Source: an uncultured Holophagales bacterium (GTDB lineage: Bacteria; Acidobacteriota; Thermoanaerobaculia; UBA5066). Taken from it: 64,000 bases of DNA. The notes under the pieces were generated by a model. That model ran no database searches, had not been told where the DNA came from, and saw only the letters and a program-made list of their open reading frames with translations. Shown here piece after piece: positions 10,001 to 18,904 of this stretch. Each line of letters starts with the position of its first letter. The first letter of the stretch is position 1. The DNA is taken from the NCBI GenBank assembly GCA_964561935.1, contig CAZLQX010000005.1:131939-195938 (forward strand), in the 5' to 3' direction. The translations under genes and the position numbers were made by a program.

Positions 10001-10667
10001 GACGCTCGGTCTCCCGGCCGTCACGAGCGACCTCGCCGTCCTCGACCGGCGCGGGGCCGTCCTCCTCGAGCGACACGTCCCCGGCTTCCGCGAGATCGTC
10101 GCCACGGAGCTCCCCGCCTTCGTGAAGGAGGCCGCGGCGCTCGTCTTCGGGAAGAGGCTCGCCGAGACGACCGCGCGGCGGTGCCTGCGCGCCGCGGCGG
10201 CGCTCTGGGTCGACGCGCGGACGCGGGAGGACCTCGTGCTGCCGACCTGCCTCTTCGCGATGGAGTACCTCCGCTGGCTCGCCGAGGACTCGGAGAGCTG
10301 GGACGAGACGAAGGAGCACGAAAGCCGGACGACCCGCGCGGAGGAGCTGATCCGCGAGACCTCGAGCGCCGCCTTCTCTGCGCTCTGCGCCGAGCGCCCG
10401 GGCGACCGCTGGCCGGTCCTCCAGGGGCTCGTCGACGCCGAGGACGCGACGCGCCTCCTCCTCGCGCGCGAGCTGACGCTCGAGGAGAAGAGGGAATTCG
10501 TCGACCTGAGGATCGAGGGGTGGCTCCGCGCGCTCCCCGACGCGCTCACGCGCGAGCTGCGCCGCGAGTGGGCGCGCCTGCGCGAGCTCGGCAAGGACGA
10601 ACTCGAGCTCGACGCGATCGAGCGGCTCGTGGCGCTCGAGAGACTGCGCGGGAGCCGGGGGGCGTAG
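7098..10667 (+). CDS. fusion protein: class I/II PLP aminotransferase (N-terminal, about 430 aa) plus a PEP-carboxylase-like domain (C-terminal, about 750 aa)
   Basis: The N-terminal part has NNPHNPTG and SLSGLSKMDMFGASTGARA (a Lys-containing SxSK-like PLP motif). The C-terminal part has PEPC-like motifs: RVRLVPLCENVGAL (cf. VPLFETIxDL), VFVAMSDTAEQSG (cf. VMxGYSDSxKDxG) and FLIGAGRAGFRGGFDP (cf. FHGRGGxxGRGGxP). The ATG at 7098 has GGGGAGGG 8 nt upstream. The antisense ORF 6939..10319 is rejected. Confidence 0.6.
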   Translation: MRNDRPTSAAENAASGLSKRALATPEPYVRLFSRRVQQEGALDLTQGDYKNADFAPHPEVVRAAQRITRNTVHSYGPAVGRMDVRGEVADFFNRDGLLDYPASNVRFLPDEVLFTPGTRSGLAMVLEVLGADGSGVVVPRPSWEYDWYVERAGKKLVELPTTPPDFLPDPKELDRLLAKGGISSVILNNPHNPTGRVYPRELVEAIVRVAVKHRCYVLYDSVYQRLDYVGWFVNPAFADPEWRDRVVSLSGLSKMDMFGASTGARACWMVISDQIRANGIRAREILANLSAWLVATPSTLAQDWALAALQSPLAALRRPSPYMRERRDYMVRAADDLAPLGVTRTDFGGTFYAPLAFPGLVGEPFDRLRNGVRERAVVTDSVDAFELLLSGGVGGIPFVAFAGSDAARYGTWQRLSYGSKDVKELTVFIDRVKARIEAQGKLGSSAPAAQVAATPLAAVWESVCTAAGYEALDDLDPKAFAKARAEFLKAPRHEELRLTGTKHPDSTAHRAEQLDRALSAVPAGADRARLALKHLEWNPLVDARLEYEETVADLLGPCSEVLLDFEGRQISPEWLDLPEKVVLALLRHGVVPGEDRHLLFRVPNPFIEQDEEKIVRILASVARANALFHLACEKVGVPPSQNALPELTVPQVNSGAEIGAVVKIGTLYRAAIASLFAGDAHGDAFLRARVPEARRAEMIAKLERVRLVPLCENVGALARLPEFLEAFYVALERGRGLPDVPTAAVFRTRFDRDEAIVRVFVAMSDTAEQSGKVATDAAVTLALAGREEAEGRLAALAAKAGEPAPRVTFLIGAGRAGFRGGFDPDHPGVIRQFARADGVTMQGIRADDPAAAERLAAAFRAAVASPAPSPAMTAADRDALGKLLEAGVKAHTETLLRIAPLLAPFGGLVPQTRVRIRATGSVNYGRSIPTYPEEWGGGTTLPDNRDLRDAWPEGVTLPRAIVYNLGSTTLGLPAVTSDLAVLDRRGAVLLERHVPGFREIVATELPAFVKEAAALVFGKRLAETTARRCLRAAAALWVDARTREDLVLPTCLFAMEYLRWLAEDSESWDETKEHESRTTRAEELIRETSSAAFSALCAERPGDRWPVLQGLVDAEDATRLLLARELTLEEKREFVDLRIEGWLRALPDALTRELRREWARLRELGKDELELDAIERLVALERLRGSRGA

Positions 10668-10777
10668 GCCGGAGCGGTCCCGTCGGGAGGCCCGTTCCGC
10701 CGCCGCACGGAGGGCGGGCCTCGGCGGCGCGTATCCTCGCGGCTTCGGCGGACGGCCGCGGCCAGGGAGGAGTCGGA

Positions 10778-11875
10778 GTGTCGGAAGAGGTCGGAGGGAT
10801 CCGCGCGAGGCTCGCGGCGCTCCAGGGCCTCGCCCTGCGGCACGAGCGCCTCTTCTGGACGCTCCACAGCGTCTGGGCCCTCGGCTGGGGCGTCGTCTTC
10901 GTCCTCCTCGGGAAAGGCCGACCGGGCCTCCTCCGCTGGGGGCTCGTCTCCGTCGGCGCCGTCTGGCTCACGAGCCTCGCCCTGCCGGCCTTCCTCGCCA
11001 GCTCGCGGATCCCCGCGGCGCGGAAAGGGGCGGCGCGAAGGCTCGTCCTCTGGGGCCAGAAGTGGCTCCTGCAGGGGCTCTCCTTCTTCCTCCTCCCGCT
11101 CTACCACCGGAGCGCGACCTACGCCTCGCCGCAGGCTCTCTTCATGGCGCTCCTCGCCGCGGCCGCCCTCGCGGCGACGGTCGACGTCGTCTACGACGAA
11201 GTCGTGACGAGGAAGCGGCCGCTCCTCGGCCTCTTCCTCTCGTTCGTCGCCTTCGCCACGGCGAACGTCTCGCTCCCGATGGTCTGGCGGGTCGGAGGCC
11301 TCTGGAACCTCTTCGCGAGCGGTCTCCTCGCGACGGCGGTCTTCGTCTCCTTCGTCGCGACCCGCGGGAGCGGCCGCCCGGCGTTCGCCGTCCTCCGGAC
11401 GACGCTCGTCGCCCTCTTCTTCCTCGCGCTCGTCACGCTCGGCCGGCCCGCCGTCCCCCCGGCTCCGCTCCGCCTCGTCTCCGCGCACCTCGGCCTCGCC
11501 CTCGCCCCGAACGGCCTCGACGTCTCCGAACCGCTCTCCGCGCTCCCCCCGACCCGGGCCGTCCGACTCCATGCCGTGGCGGCCGTCCAGGCGCCGGCGG
11601 GCCTTGCCGAGGGGGTCCGTCACGTCTGGTCCGTCGACGGCGACGTCGTCTTCGAGAGCCGCGTCATCGGGATCACGGGCGGGCGCGGGAGGGGCTTCCG
11701 CTCCCGGAGCGCCGTATCGCTCCACGGCCTGGGCGCGGGCCGGCGCGTGAGGCTCGAGGTCGAGACCGCCCGCGGGCAGCTCATCGGACGCGCGGAGCTG
11801 CGTGTGGAGGGCCTGCCTCCCGTGCCGCAGAGCGCCCGCGGATCCGGACGACCGCCCTCAGACCGGCAGCTATGA
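10778..11875 (+). CDS. hypothetical polytopic membrane protein with a soluble C-terminal domain
   Basis: GTG start preceded by GGGAGGAG. The first ~270 aa contain at least 6 hydrophobic helices; the C-terminal ~90 aa are soluble (HVWSVDGDVVFESRVIGITGG...). The upstream part of ORF 9899..11875 is Arg-rich junk. Confidence 0.5.
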   Translation: MSEEVGGIRARLAALQGLALRHERLFWTLHSVWALGWGVVFVLLGKGRPGLLRWGLVSVGAVWLTSLALPAFLASSRIPAARKGAARRLVLWGQKWLLQGLSFFLLPLYHRSATYASPQALFMALLAAAALAATVDVVYDEVVTRKRPLLGLFLSFVAFATANVSLPMVWRVGGLWNLFASGLLATAVFVSFVATRGSGRPAFAVLRTTLVALFFLALVTLGRPAVPPAPLRLVSAHLGLALAPNGLDVSEPLSALPPTRAVRLHAVAAVQAPAGLAEGVRHVWSVDGDVVFESRVIGITGGRGRGFRSRSAVSLHGLGAGRRVRLEVETARGQLIGRAELRVEGLPPVPQSARGSGRPPSDRQL

Positions 11876-11882
11876 TCGGTTC

Positions 11883-12341
11883 ATGGAGCGGACGGTCTGC
11901 CGGGACGTCGTCGTGAACGCCGCGCCGGAGAGGGTCTTCGCGGCCTTCACCGAGGTCCAGGAGGTCCTCGCCTGGCTCGCCGACGCCGCCGTGATCGGCC
12001 GGCGCGTCGGCGGGAACTGGGCCCTCGGCTGGTACGCCGACGAGGAGTCCGACGACGGCTATCACGTCCTCGGGACGTTCGACGTCTACGAGCCGGCGAG
12101 CCGGCTCGTCGTCCGCGACCTCCGATTCTCCACGCCCGAGGGGGACCTCTTCGAGGGGATGAGGCTCTCGGTCGAACTCGCCCCGGAGAACGGCGGGACG
12201 CGCGTCTCGGTCCGCCAGGAGGGGATCGGCGAGGGGGCCTCGTGGGACGGCTACGCCGCCGGCCTCGGGCCGGGCTGGGAGCGCTCCCTCGAGGACCTTC
12301 GCGGCTGGCTCGAGGAGGGCCGCAAGCTCCCGGGACGCTGA
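11883..12341 (+). CDS. SRPBCC-superfamily protein (AHSA1/polyketide-cyclase-like START fold)
   Basis: 152 aa starting MERTVCRDVVVNAAPERVFAAFTEVQEVLAW, the characteristic N-terminal beta-strand/helix of the Aha1/SRPBCC family. Confidence 0.6.
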   Translation: MERTVCRDVVVNAAPERVFAAFTEVQEVLAWLADAAVIGRRVGGNWALGWYADEESDDGYHVLGTFDVYEPASRLVVRDLRFSTPEGDLFEGMRLSVELAPENGGTRVSVRQEGIGEGASWDGYAAGLGPGWERSLEDLRGWLEEGRKLPGR

Positions 12342-12404
12342 CCGCGGCCGGGACATCCCCGTCGAGCTGGTAAGGTGCCGGCATCACGAACCCAGGAGGT
12401 CCCC

Positions 12405-13049
12405 ATGAGAGCTGCTCGTGTCGTCCTCGTCCTCTCGGCGCTCGCCGCCGCCTGCGGACCGCAGGCGAAGAAGCCGGAGGCCCCCGAGCCGCCCGCCTCC
12501 GCGACCACGGTCCGCGAGGAGCCTGGGCCGGCCGAGCGGCCCGAATCCGCCGCCGACCCCTGCGCCGTCCTCCGCGCGCCGATGACCCGCCACGACGCGG
12601 CCGGCTCCCCGCTCGCTTTCTCGTTCGAGATGCCGGAGGGCTTCGTCCCGAAGGACTTCTCGAAAGGGGAGCTCGTGAACGTCGACGTGACCCGCGACCT
12701 CGACGGAGACCGCGCGGACGAGCACGTCCTCCGTCTCGCCTACTCCACGAAGCCCGTGGAGCGCCCGGAGGACCTCGTCGCCGTTTGGCGGAAGCTGCCG
12801 GCGACCGTGAAGGTCCTCGAGAAGAGCGTCGGCGGCCGGACGATGTACGTCCAGCGGACGAAGGTGGGCGAGATGTCGGGCTTCGTCGCGCTCTTTCCGG
12901 CCCCCGGGAGCACGACCGCCGCCTACTCCGTCCTCGGCGGCCTGACGGCCGCGCCGAAGCCTTGCCGCGACGAGGCGGCCGAGGTCCTGGAGCGGATGCT
13001 CCTGAGCTTCGAGCCGAACCCGCGCATCGGTCCGATCCCGAAGGGCTGA
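12405..13049 (+). CDS. hypothetical lipoprotein
   Basis: Signal peptide plus lipobox (MRAARVVLVLSALAAACG). CCAGGAGGT lies 5-6 nt upstream of the ATG. High GC3. Confidence 0.6.
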   Translation: MRAARVVLVLSALAAACGPQAKKPEAPEPPASATTVREEPGPAERPESAADPCAVLRAPMTRHDAAGSPLAFSFEMPEGFVPKDFSKGELVNVDVTRDLDGDRADEHVLRLAYSTKPVERPEDLVAVWRKLPATVKVLEKSVGGRTMYVQRTKVGEMSGFVALFPAPGSTTAAYSVLGGLTAAPKPCRDEAAEVLERMLLSFEPNPRIGPIPKG

Positions 13050-13109
13050 AGGACGCCTCGCGATTCCGTACCATTCCTCCTCGCGCCCCGCGGCGGGGCG
13101 CGAGGGGAG

Positions 13110-13468
13110 GCGACGCCATGGGCGACGGAGCCTGGACGAAGGAGCTGAAGGTCGGGATCACCGTCTGCGACCGCGACGGGGTCGCGCTCGAGATGAACGA
13201 CAGGGCGGCCGAGACGTTCGCCGCCGACGGCGGGCGCGACCTCGTCGGGAAGAGCATCCTCGACTGCCACCCCCCGAGGGCGCGCGCCTTCTTCGAGGAG
13301 CTCCTCCGCACCGGCGCGACGAACGCCTACACGATCGAGAAGAACGGCGTGAAGAAGCTCGTCTATCAGGCGCCGTGGACCGTGGACGGCGAGTACCGCG
13401 GGATCGTCGAGCTCTCGCTCCCGATCCCGTTCGAGATGCCCCACTTCGTGAGGAAGAGCGAGGGCTGA
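13110..13468 (+). CDS. small PAS-like domain protein
   Basis: 119 aa (MGDGAWTKELKVGITVCDRDGVALEMNDRAAETF...). The mixed alpha/beta pattern resembles a sensory PAS fold. GAGGGGAGG precedes the ATG. Confidence 0.45.
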
Positions 13469-13591
13469 CGGCGCGCGCCGCGACCGTCGCCCCCCGAGGG
13501 CTCGCCGTCTCGCCGCGGTCCGCGAAGTGGGTCTCCACTGCGGAAAGAGCGCCGCGGAGGGCGGCATCGTCACGAGTGGGGTCATCACGAG

Positions 13592-13650
13592 TCGGGTCAG
13601 GTCGACCTTCTACACGCTACGCTCCCGCAGAGTGTAGAAAGCAGACCTGA
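13592..13650. repeat. REP-like palindromic element, copy 2 (CAGGTCGACCTTCTACAC ... GTGTAGAAAGCAGACCTG)
   Basis: Same arm sequence as the element at 6903..6957, with the arms in swapped order around a different 12-nt core. It is intergenic, downstream of both convergent flanking genes. Confidence 0.65.
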
Positions 13651-13699
13651 CCCCACGCCGCTTGACCCCACGCCCCTCCCGCCCCCGCAGCCCTCGGGC

Positions 13700-15223
13700 T
13701 CAGCCGAGCGGGCCGACCTCCTTCTCGACCTCCTCGAGGACGCGGCAGGAGCGGACGAGCTCCTTCATCCGGGTGTGGTCCGGGTAGAGGGGCCGGTCGA
13801 CGTCGAGGTGGTCGACGACGGTCCTCACGACGCGGCGGGCGGTCGCGACGCCGCGGCCGTTCGCGAAGTCGCGGAAGTCGAGCGCCTGCGCGGCGGCCAT
13901 CATCTCGATCCCGAGGATCCCGTACGCGTTGTCGAGGATCTGCCCGTTCTTGATCGCCGTGTTCATCCCCATCGAGACGAAGTCCTCCTGGTCGGCCGCG
14001 GCGGGGATCGACTGGATCGACGCGGGGACGGAGAGGATCCGCTGCTCGACGACGAGGGTGTCGGCCGTGTACTGGGAGAGCATGAGGCCCGAGAACATCC
14101 CGGCGCCCTTCGTCAGGAACGCGGGGAGGCCGACGGAGAGCGCCGGGTGGTTGAGCCGGTTCAGGCGCCGCTCCGAGAGGACGGAGACCATCGTCACCGC
14201 CGCGCCGACCATGTCCATCGGGAGGGAGACGGGCGTCCCCTGGAAGTTCGCGCCGGTGAGCGTGAGCCGCTCCTCGGGAAGGAAGATCGGGTTGTCGCCG
14301 ACGCCGTTCAGCTCCGTCTCGACCTGGGCGCGCGCGAAGGCGACCGCGTCGTGCGCGGCGCCGATGACCTGCGGCGTCGAGCGCATCGAGTAGGCGTCCT
14401 GGACCTTCGTCTTCAGCTTCCCGGTCCTCAGGTCGCTCCCCTCGACGCACTTCAGGATCGCCTTCGACGAGCGGATCGCGCCCGCGAAGCCGCGGAGCTG
14501 GTGGAGCCGCACGTCGTATGGCTTGAAGTTCGCGAAGAGCGCCTCGAGCGACATCGCGCAGGCGATTTCCGCCTGCCTCAGCCACCGGTCGATGTCGAAG
14601 AGGTGGATCGCGCTCATCGCCGTGAGGAGGTTCGAGCCGTTGATCGTCGCGAGGCCGTCGCGCGCCATGAGGCCCGGGACCGGGATCCCCGCCTTCTCCA
14701 TGGCGACCTTCCCGGGGAGCCTCTCGCCCCGGTACGTCGCCTCCCCCTCGCCGAGGAGGAGGAGCGCGATCTGCGACATCGGGGCGAGGTCGCCGCAGGC
14801 GCCGACGGAGCCCTTCTGGCAGACGACGGGCGTCACGCCCCGGTTCAGCATCTCGACGAGCGTCTGCGTGATCACGGGACGGCAGCCCGAGTTGCCGTGC
14901 GCGTGGACGTTGATCCGTCCCGCCATCGCGCCGCGGACGTACTCCTCGGGCGCCGGGTCGCCGATTCCGGCCGCGTGGTTGTAGATGAGGTAGCGCTGGA
15001 AGTCCTTCACCTGCTCGTCGGTCAGGACGACCTCGGAGAACTCGCCGATCCCCGTGTTGACGCCGTACATGATCTCGTGGGCGTCGATCTTCTCCTCGAG
15101 GACGGCGCGGCACGCGCGGATCCGCTCCAGGGCCTCGGGCGCGAGCTCGACCTTCTCGCCGTGGCGCGCGACGCGGACGAGGTCCGGGACCGTGAGCGAC
15201 GAACCGTTCAGGACGATGGCCAT
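13700..15223 (-). CDS. aromatic amino acid ammonia-lyase/aminomutase (HAL/PAL/TAL, MIO-dependent family)
   Basis: Full-length HAL-family pattern: MAIVLNGSSLTV..., then GSVGACGDLAPM at the MIO-forming tripeptide position (Ala-Cys-Gly rather than Ala-Ser-Gly), ...NPIFLPE... and QEDFVSMG. The antisense ORF 13775..15280 is rejected. Confidence 0.85.
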   Translation of the reverse strand: MAIVLNGSSLTVPDLVRVARHGEKVELAPEALERIRACRAVLEEKIDAHEIMYGVNTGIGEFSEVVLTDEQVKDFQRYLIYNHAAGIGDPAPEEYVRGAMAGRINVHAHGNSGCRPVITQTLVEMLNRGVTPVVCQKGSVGACGDLAPMSQIALLLLGEGEATYRGERLPGKVAMEKAGIPVPGLMARDGLATINGSNLLTAMSAIHLFDIDRWLRQAEIACAMSLEALFANFKPYDVRLHQLRGFAGAIRSSKAILKCVEGSDLRTGKLKTKVQDAYSMRSTPQVIGAAHDAVAFARAQVETELNGVGDNPIFLPEERLTLTGANFQGTPVSLPMDMVGAAVTMVSVLSERRLNRLNHPALSVGLPAFLTKGAGMFSGLMLSQYTADTLVVEQRILSVPASIQSIPAAADQEDFVSMGMNTAIKNGQILDNAYGILGIEMMAAAQALDFRDFANGRGVATARRVVRTVVDHLDVDRPLYPDHTRMKELVRSCRVLEEVEKEVGPLG

Positions 15224-15380
15224 GCTTCGGCTCCCCTCGCGCCGGCGGGCTCTCGGCCGCCGGGCCATCGGGCATTATGAGGCGCGTCGGAGAAGCCGAC
15301 CGATTCCGGCCCGCCCCGTGCCGGGATGCCGCCGGGTCTCGGAGCGCGCCCCCGACCGCGTCCCGTAGACTCCGCCCTTC

Positions 15381-16202
15381 ATGCCGGCCCTCGCCTGGAT
15401 CCTCGCCCGGACCCCGCTGCCGATCGCCGCGCTCTTCGCCGCCTCCCTTGCCTGGCTCTGGTGGACCGTCGTCCCGGTGAGAAAGCGCCTCGCGGTGAGG
15501 AACCTGCGCGCCTCGCTTCCCGACGCGGAGGCCGGACCCGTCCTCCGCCGGATGATGGCGGGCCTCGTCCTCGGCTACTTCGAGCTCCTTCGCGAGCTGC
15601 GCCTCCCCGGGTCGGTGGACCTCGCGCTCGAGGGCGCCGAGCCTGTCGCCGAGCGGTCGCGCCGCGGGGAGGGAACGCTTCTCCTCGCGGGGCACCTCGG
15701 CTCCTGGGACCTCCTCGGACCGATGGTCGCCAGGCGACTGGGGATCCCGGCCACGGTCGTCGTGAAGGTCCCCCGTTCGAAGGGGGTCGCGGCGCTCATG
15801 GAGAGGGTCCGGACCGGGTTCGGCCTCGGGCTGCTGCCGAACCGCCGCGGCGCGATGCCGCGCGTCTACGAGCTCCTCGCCGAGGGGCAGCTCGTCGCCT
15901 TCGTCCTCGACCAGAAGCTCGCCCGCGGGATCGCCGTCCCGTTCTTCGGCCGCCCCGCGCTGACGGCCCCGTCCCTCGCCGCCGCGGCCGCGCGCTCCGG
16001 CCTTCCCGTCTACTTCCTCGAGTACTGGCGAGAGGGGACGGCGCGCCACGGCGCGCGCGTCACGGGGCCGCTCCCGACGACCGGCCGGTCCGAGGAGGAC
16101 ACGGCCTCCTTCACCGCCTGCCTCGAGGAGGCGATCCGCCGCCGGCCGCACAGCTGGCTCTGGCTCCACGACCGATGGAAGGGGGCCCCCGCCCCCACGT
16201 GA
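15381..16202 (+). CDS. lysophospholipid/lipid A acyltransferase (LpxL/HtrB family)
   Basis: N-terminal TM helix, then ..LLLAGHLGSWDLLG.. (the HX4D-type acyltransferase box region) and the ..FVLDQKLARGIAVPFFGRPA motif, typical of the LpxL/LpxM/lysophospholipid acyltransferase family. Confidence 0.75.
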   Translation: MPALAWILARTPLPIAALFAASLAWLWWTVVPVRKRLAVRNLRASLPDAEAGPVLRRMMAGLVLGYFELLRELRLPGSVDLALEGAEPVAERSRRGEGTLLLAGHLGSWDLLGPMVARRLGIPATVVVKVPRSKGVAALMERVRTGFGLGLLPNRRGAMPRVYELLAEGQLVAFVLDQKLARGIAVPFFGRPALTAPSLAAAAARSGLPVYFLEYWREGTARHGARVTGPLPTTGRSEEDTASFTACLEEAIRRRPHSWLWLHDRWKGAPAPT

Positions 16203-16256
16203 CGGCGGCGCGAGGCGCCCGCGGGGAGGGCCGCACACGTCCCGCCGGCCGGCGTC

Positions 16257-17090
16257 TCAGCGCGCGGCGCGGAGCGGGGCGAAGGGGCGGGCGCTCCGGT
16301 AGCCGGAGAACTCGAAGCGGATCTCGCGCCGGAACGGGAGGAGCATCCCCGCGGTCGCGGTGATCCCGATCTCCTCGCGGCACGGCGCCCAGACCCCGGG
16401 GAGCACCTCGCGCGTCTCGTAGAGGAGCCGGACCCCCTTCAGGTCGAGGAGCGCGCCGCCGAGGACCTTGACCGGAGCGGTCAGCCGCCCGTCGATCTTC
16501 CTCACCTGGATCTCGGCGACGTCGATCCAGGCCTTCCCCGCGAAGGCGTTCAGGACGCGGTCGCGGACCGTCTTCGACGCGAGGCCCGGCTTCGGCCGGA
16601 ACTCGACGACGAACGTCGGCCTCCCGTCGAGCCGCTCCTCGCCGAGGAGGCGGAAGTCGAGGCGATGGTAGAGGTCGAGGAGCGGGACCCGGCCCGACAT
16701 CAGCTCCTCCTCGTCCGAACGCCGGTCGTCCGGGTCCGTCGAGGCGAGCTTGCGCTTCCGGTCGTCGCGGCGGGCGCCCTCGCGCTCCGCCTCCGTCGCG
16801 GGGCGACCGTCGACCTCGAGGAGCTCCCTCTCGACGACGCCCCGCCGGTCCATGAGGACGAGGAAGCGCTTCCGCTCGGAGCCCTTTCGACGCCCCTTCG
16901 CGTCGAGCTCCGTCTCGACCTCGACCCGCTCGAGGACGATCCTCCCGGCGGTCGCCTCCCCCTCCCGCTGGCGCGCCGCCGCCTCGAGGACGAGGGCGTC
17001 GACGTCCCAGGCGCGGGCCGGCGCCGCGCCGAGGACGGAAGCGAGGGCGGAGGCGAGGAGGGCCGCACGGCCCGCCGGCGCGCGCTTCAC
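16257..17090 (-). CDS. secreted LolA-like (outer-membrane lipoprotein carrier-like) protein
   Basis: Signal peptide MKRAPAGRAALLASALASVLGAAPARA, followed by a beta-rich about 250 aa domain of LolA/LppX size. Its position next to the acyltransferase is typical of aryl-polyene-type loci. Confidence 0.45.
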   Translation of the reverse strand: MKRAPAGRAALLASALASVLGAAPARAWDVDALVLEAAARQREGEATAGRIVLERVEVETELDAKGRRKGSERKRFLVLMDRRGVVERELLEVDGRPATEAEREGARRDDRKRKLASTDPDDRRSDEEELMSGRVPLLDLYHRLDFRLLGEERLDGRPTFVVEFRPKPGLASKTVRDRVLNAFAGKAWIDVAEIQVRKIDGRLTAPVKVLGGALLDLKGVRLLYETREVLPGVWAPCREEIGITATAGMLLPFRREIRFEFSGYRSARPFAPLRAAR

Positions 17091-17103
17091 GGGCCGCCCC
17101 CGG

Positions 17104-18738
17104 TCATCCGTGCGCCGGGGCCGCGACCTCCGCCGCCCCGGCAGGACGCGGCGGCAGGACCGGCTGCGGCCCGCCGATCGGCCGCGGCTTCACGACGTAC
17201 GTCCACGCGTTCGCGAGCTCCGCCTTCGCCCAGCGGACGAGGCCGTGCCCGAGCATGACGTACGCCGCGCTCCGAAGCGAGAATCCGACGAGCTTCGGGC
17301 AGCGGCCCGCGTTGTGGTTCCCGTAGATCCCGAGCGCCTTCTTGCGCTTCGCGATCGAGATGAGGCGGCGCTGGTAGAAGCGCATCGGGACGAGGCCGAG
17401 CTTCGCGCCGTCCTGGTAGTAGGGCGGGACGCCGAGCCGGTCGGCCGACCAAGTGTAGACGGGCTGGACGGCGACCATGTAGTAGAGCGCCGTGTCCATC
17501 AGGAACGACGTCGTCATCGTGTCGTAGTCGCCCATCAGGTGGTACTTGTCGCGGTAAATCGCCTCGTAGAAGTAGGTCAGGAACTGGAGAAAGCGCTCGT
17601 TGTGATGCGCGTACTCCTTCTCCATCTCCGCGGCCGGCGCGCCGTTCAGGGCCTTCACGACCAGGTCCGTCCGCATGTGAACGCCGAAGCTCATCGCGTC
17701 GAGGCCGGGCGAGTAGAACGGGTCGAGGAAGCCGCCCGCGTCGCCGACGCAGGTCCAGCCGTGGTCGATGAACAGATCGAGGAAGTACGGGAGCGTCCCG
17801 AGGTAGCGGCAGTCCCCCTCGACGGGGGTCGCGTGCTCGAGCATCTCGCGCGTGAGCGGGTTGCCGGAGAGGACGCTCGTCAGCCTCTCGAGGGGCGTCT
17901 TCCCCTCGGGCTGGAGGAGCCGGTTGTCCCAGACGAGGCCGACGCTCGTCTCCCCGCCGCGGAGCGGGATGAACCAGATCCAGTACCCCCAGCCGACGAA
18001 GTGGTTCGTCGCGAGACGGCGGGAGGCGATGACCCGCCGCGCGAACGGGTCGGCCGGGTCGGTCCCGACGACCTCCTTGCCGTCGAGGTCCTTCACGCCG
18101 CGGTAGCGGACCCAGATGGACGACGTCGGGTGCCCCTCGACGGGGCGGATGCCGCCCCGCTTCCGCGCGAGCGTCGCCGCGCGGCCGCTCGCGTCGACGA
18201 CCCACTTCGCGCGGACGGTCACTCGCGTGCCGTCGGCCTTCTCGACCGTCACGGAGTTGCCCGCCGGGCCCTCGAGCGTGAAGTCGACGACCTTCGCGGG
18301 GCGCCAGACCTCGGAGCCTTCCTCGGCGGCGAGCTTCAGGACGTGCTCGTCGAGGACGGCGCGGTCCATCTGGAAGCCCGGCGTCCGGGCGAGCTGGGTC
18401 GCGCCGACCTCGGAGGCCTCCCTCAGGCAGGTCACCTTCTCGTTGTGGAACCAGTAGCGAAAGGCCTGCTTGGCGAGGTGCTCCCGGCTCAGGTGGTCCA
18501 TGAGCTTCAGGACGCGCGTCAGAAAGTAGGCCGAGATCTCGACCGTCGACTCGCCGACCTTCCAGTCGAACTTCTCCGCCTTCTCGACGACGAGGACGCG
18601 GGTGCCGGGCCGGCGGCGCCGGAGGAGGATGGCGGTCGAGGCGCCCGCGAGGGCGCCGCCGATGACGACGACGTCGTAGGGTGCAGGTGCAGCGTCCGAG
18701 GCCGGTCCCGCGGCGGGGACCTCTTCCTTCCCGTTCAT
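17104..18738 (-). CDS. flavin-dependent halogenase-family FAD oxidoreductase
   Basis: YDVVVIGGALAGASTAILL (GxGxxG FAD fold) and GWGYWIWFIPL (the WxWxIP motif diagnostic of flavin-dependent halogenases). Start taken at MNGKEEVP, because the upstream ORF extension is Arg/Gly-rich. Confidence 0.75.
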   Translation of the reverse strand: MNGKEEVPAAGPASDAAPAPYDVVVIGGALAGASTAILLRRRRPGTRVLVVEKAEKFDWKVGESTVEISAYFLTRVLKLMDHLSREHLAKQAFRYWFHNEKVTCLREASEVGATQLARTPGFQMDRAVLDEHVLKLAAEEGSEVWRPAKVVDFTLEGPAGNSVTVEKADGTRVTVRAKWVVDASGRAATLARKRGGIRPVEGHPTSSIWVRYRGVKDLDGKEVVGTDPADPFARRVIASRRLATNHFVGWGYWIWFIPLRGGETSVGLVWDNRLLQPEGKTPLERLTSVLSGNPLTREMLEHATPVEGDCRYLGTLPYFLDLFIDHGWTCVGDAGGFLDPFYSPGLDAMSFGVHMRTDLVVKALNGAPAAEMEKEYAHHNERFLQFLTYFYEAIYRDKYHLMGDYDTMTTSFLMDTALYYMVAVQPVYTWSADRLGVPPYYQDGAKLGLVPMRFYQRRLISIAKRKKALGIYGNHNAGRCPKLVGFSLRSAAYVMLGHGLVRWAKAELANAWTYVVKPRPIGGPQPVLPPRPAGAAEVAAPAHG

Positions 18739-18904
18739 GGCGCGGATGATATGGGAAGCCTCGTCGGCCCCCGGTCCTTCCCCGCGTCCCGGCCGGACCG
18801 CGGAATCGATCGTCCGACCGGGGCGCGCGGGCGGCGGGCCTCGGATCTCCCGGCGGCCGGGACGGCGAAGGAAACACGGACCGGACCGATCCGTATCCTT
18901 CTCC

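Noticed and set aside
6939-10319. 1126-aa minus-strand ORF antisense to the aminotransferase-PEPC fusion
   Set aside because: The composition is an E/R/G/D/P-rich repeat with no hydrophobic core, the antisense signature of high-GC genes. The sense frame has clear PLP and PEPC motifs.
13617-16238. 873-aa minus ORF covering the ammonia-lyase and acyltransferase region
   Set aside because: Arg/Gly/Pro-rich. It overlaps two genes with strong family signatures in other frames.
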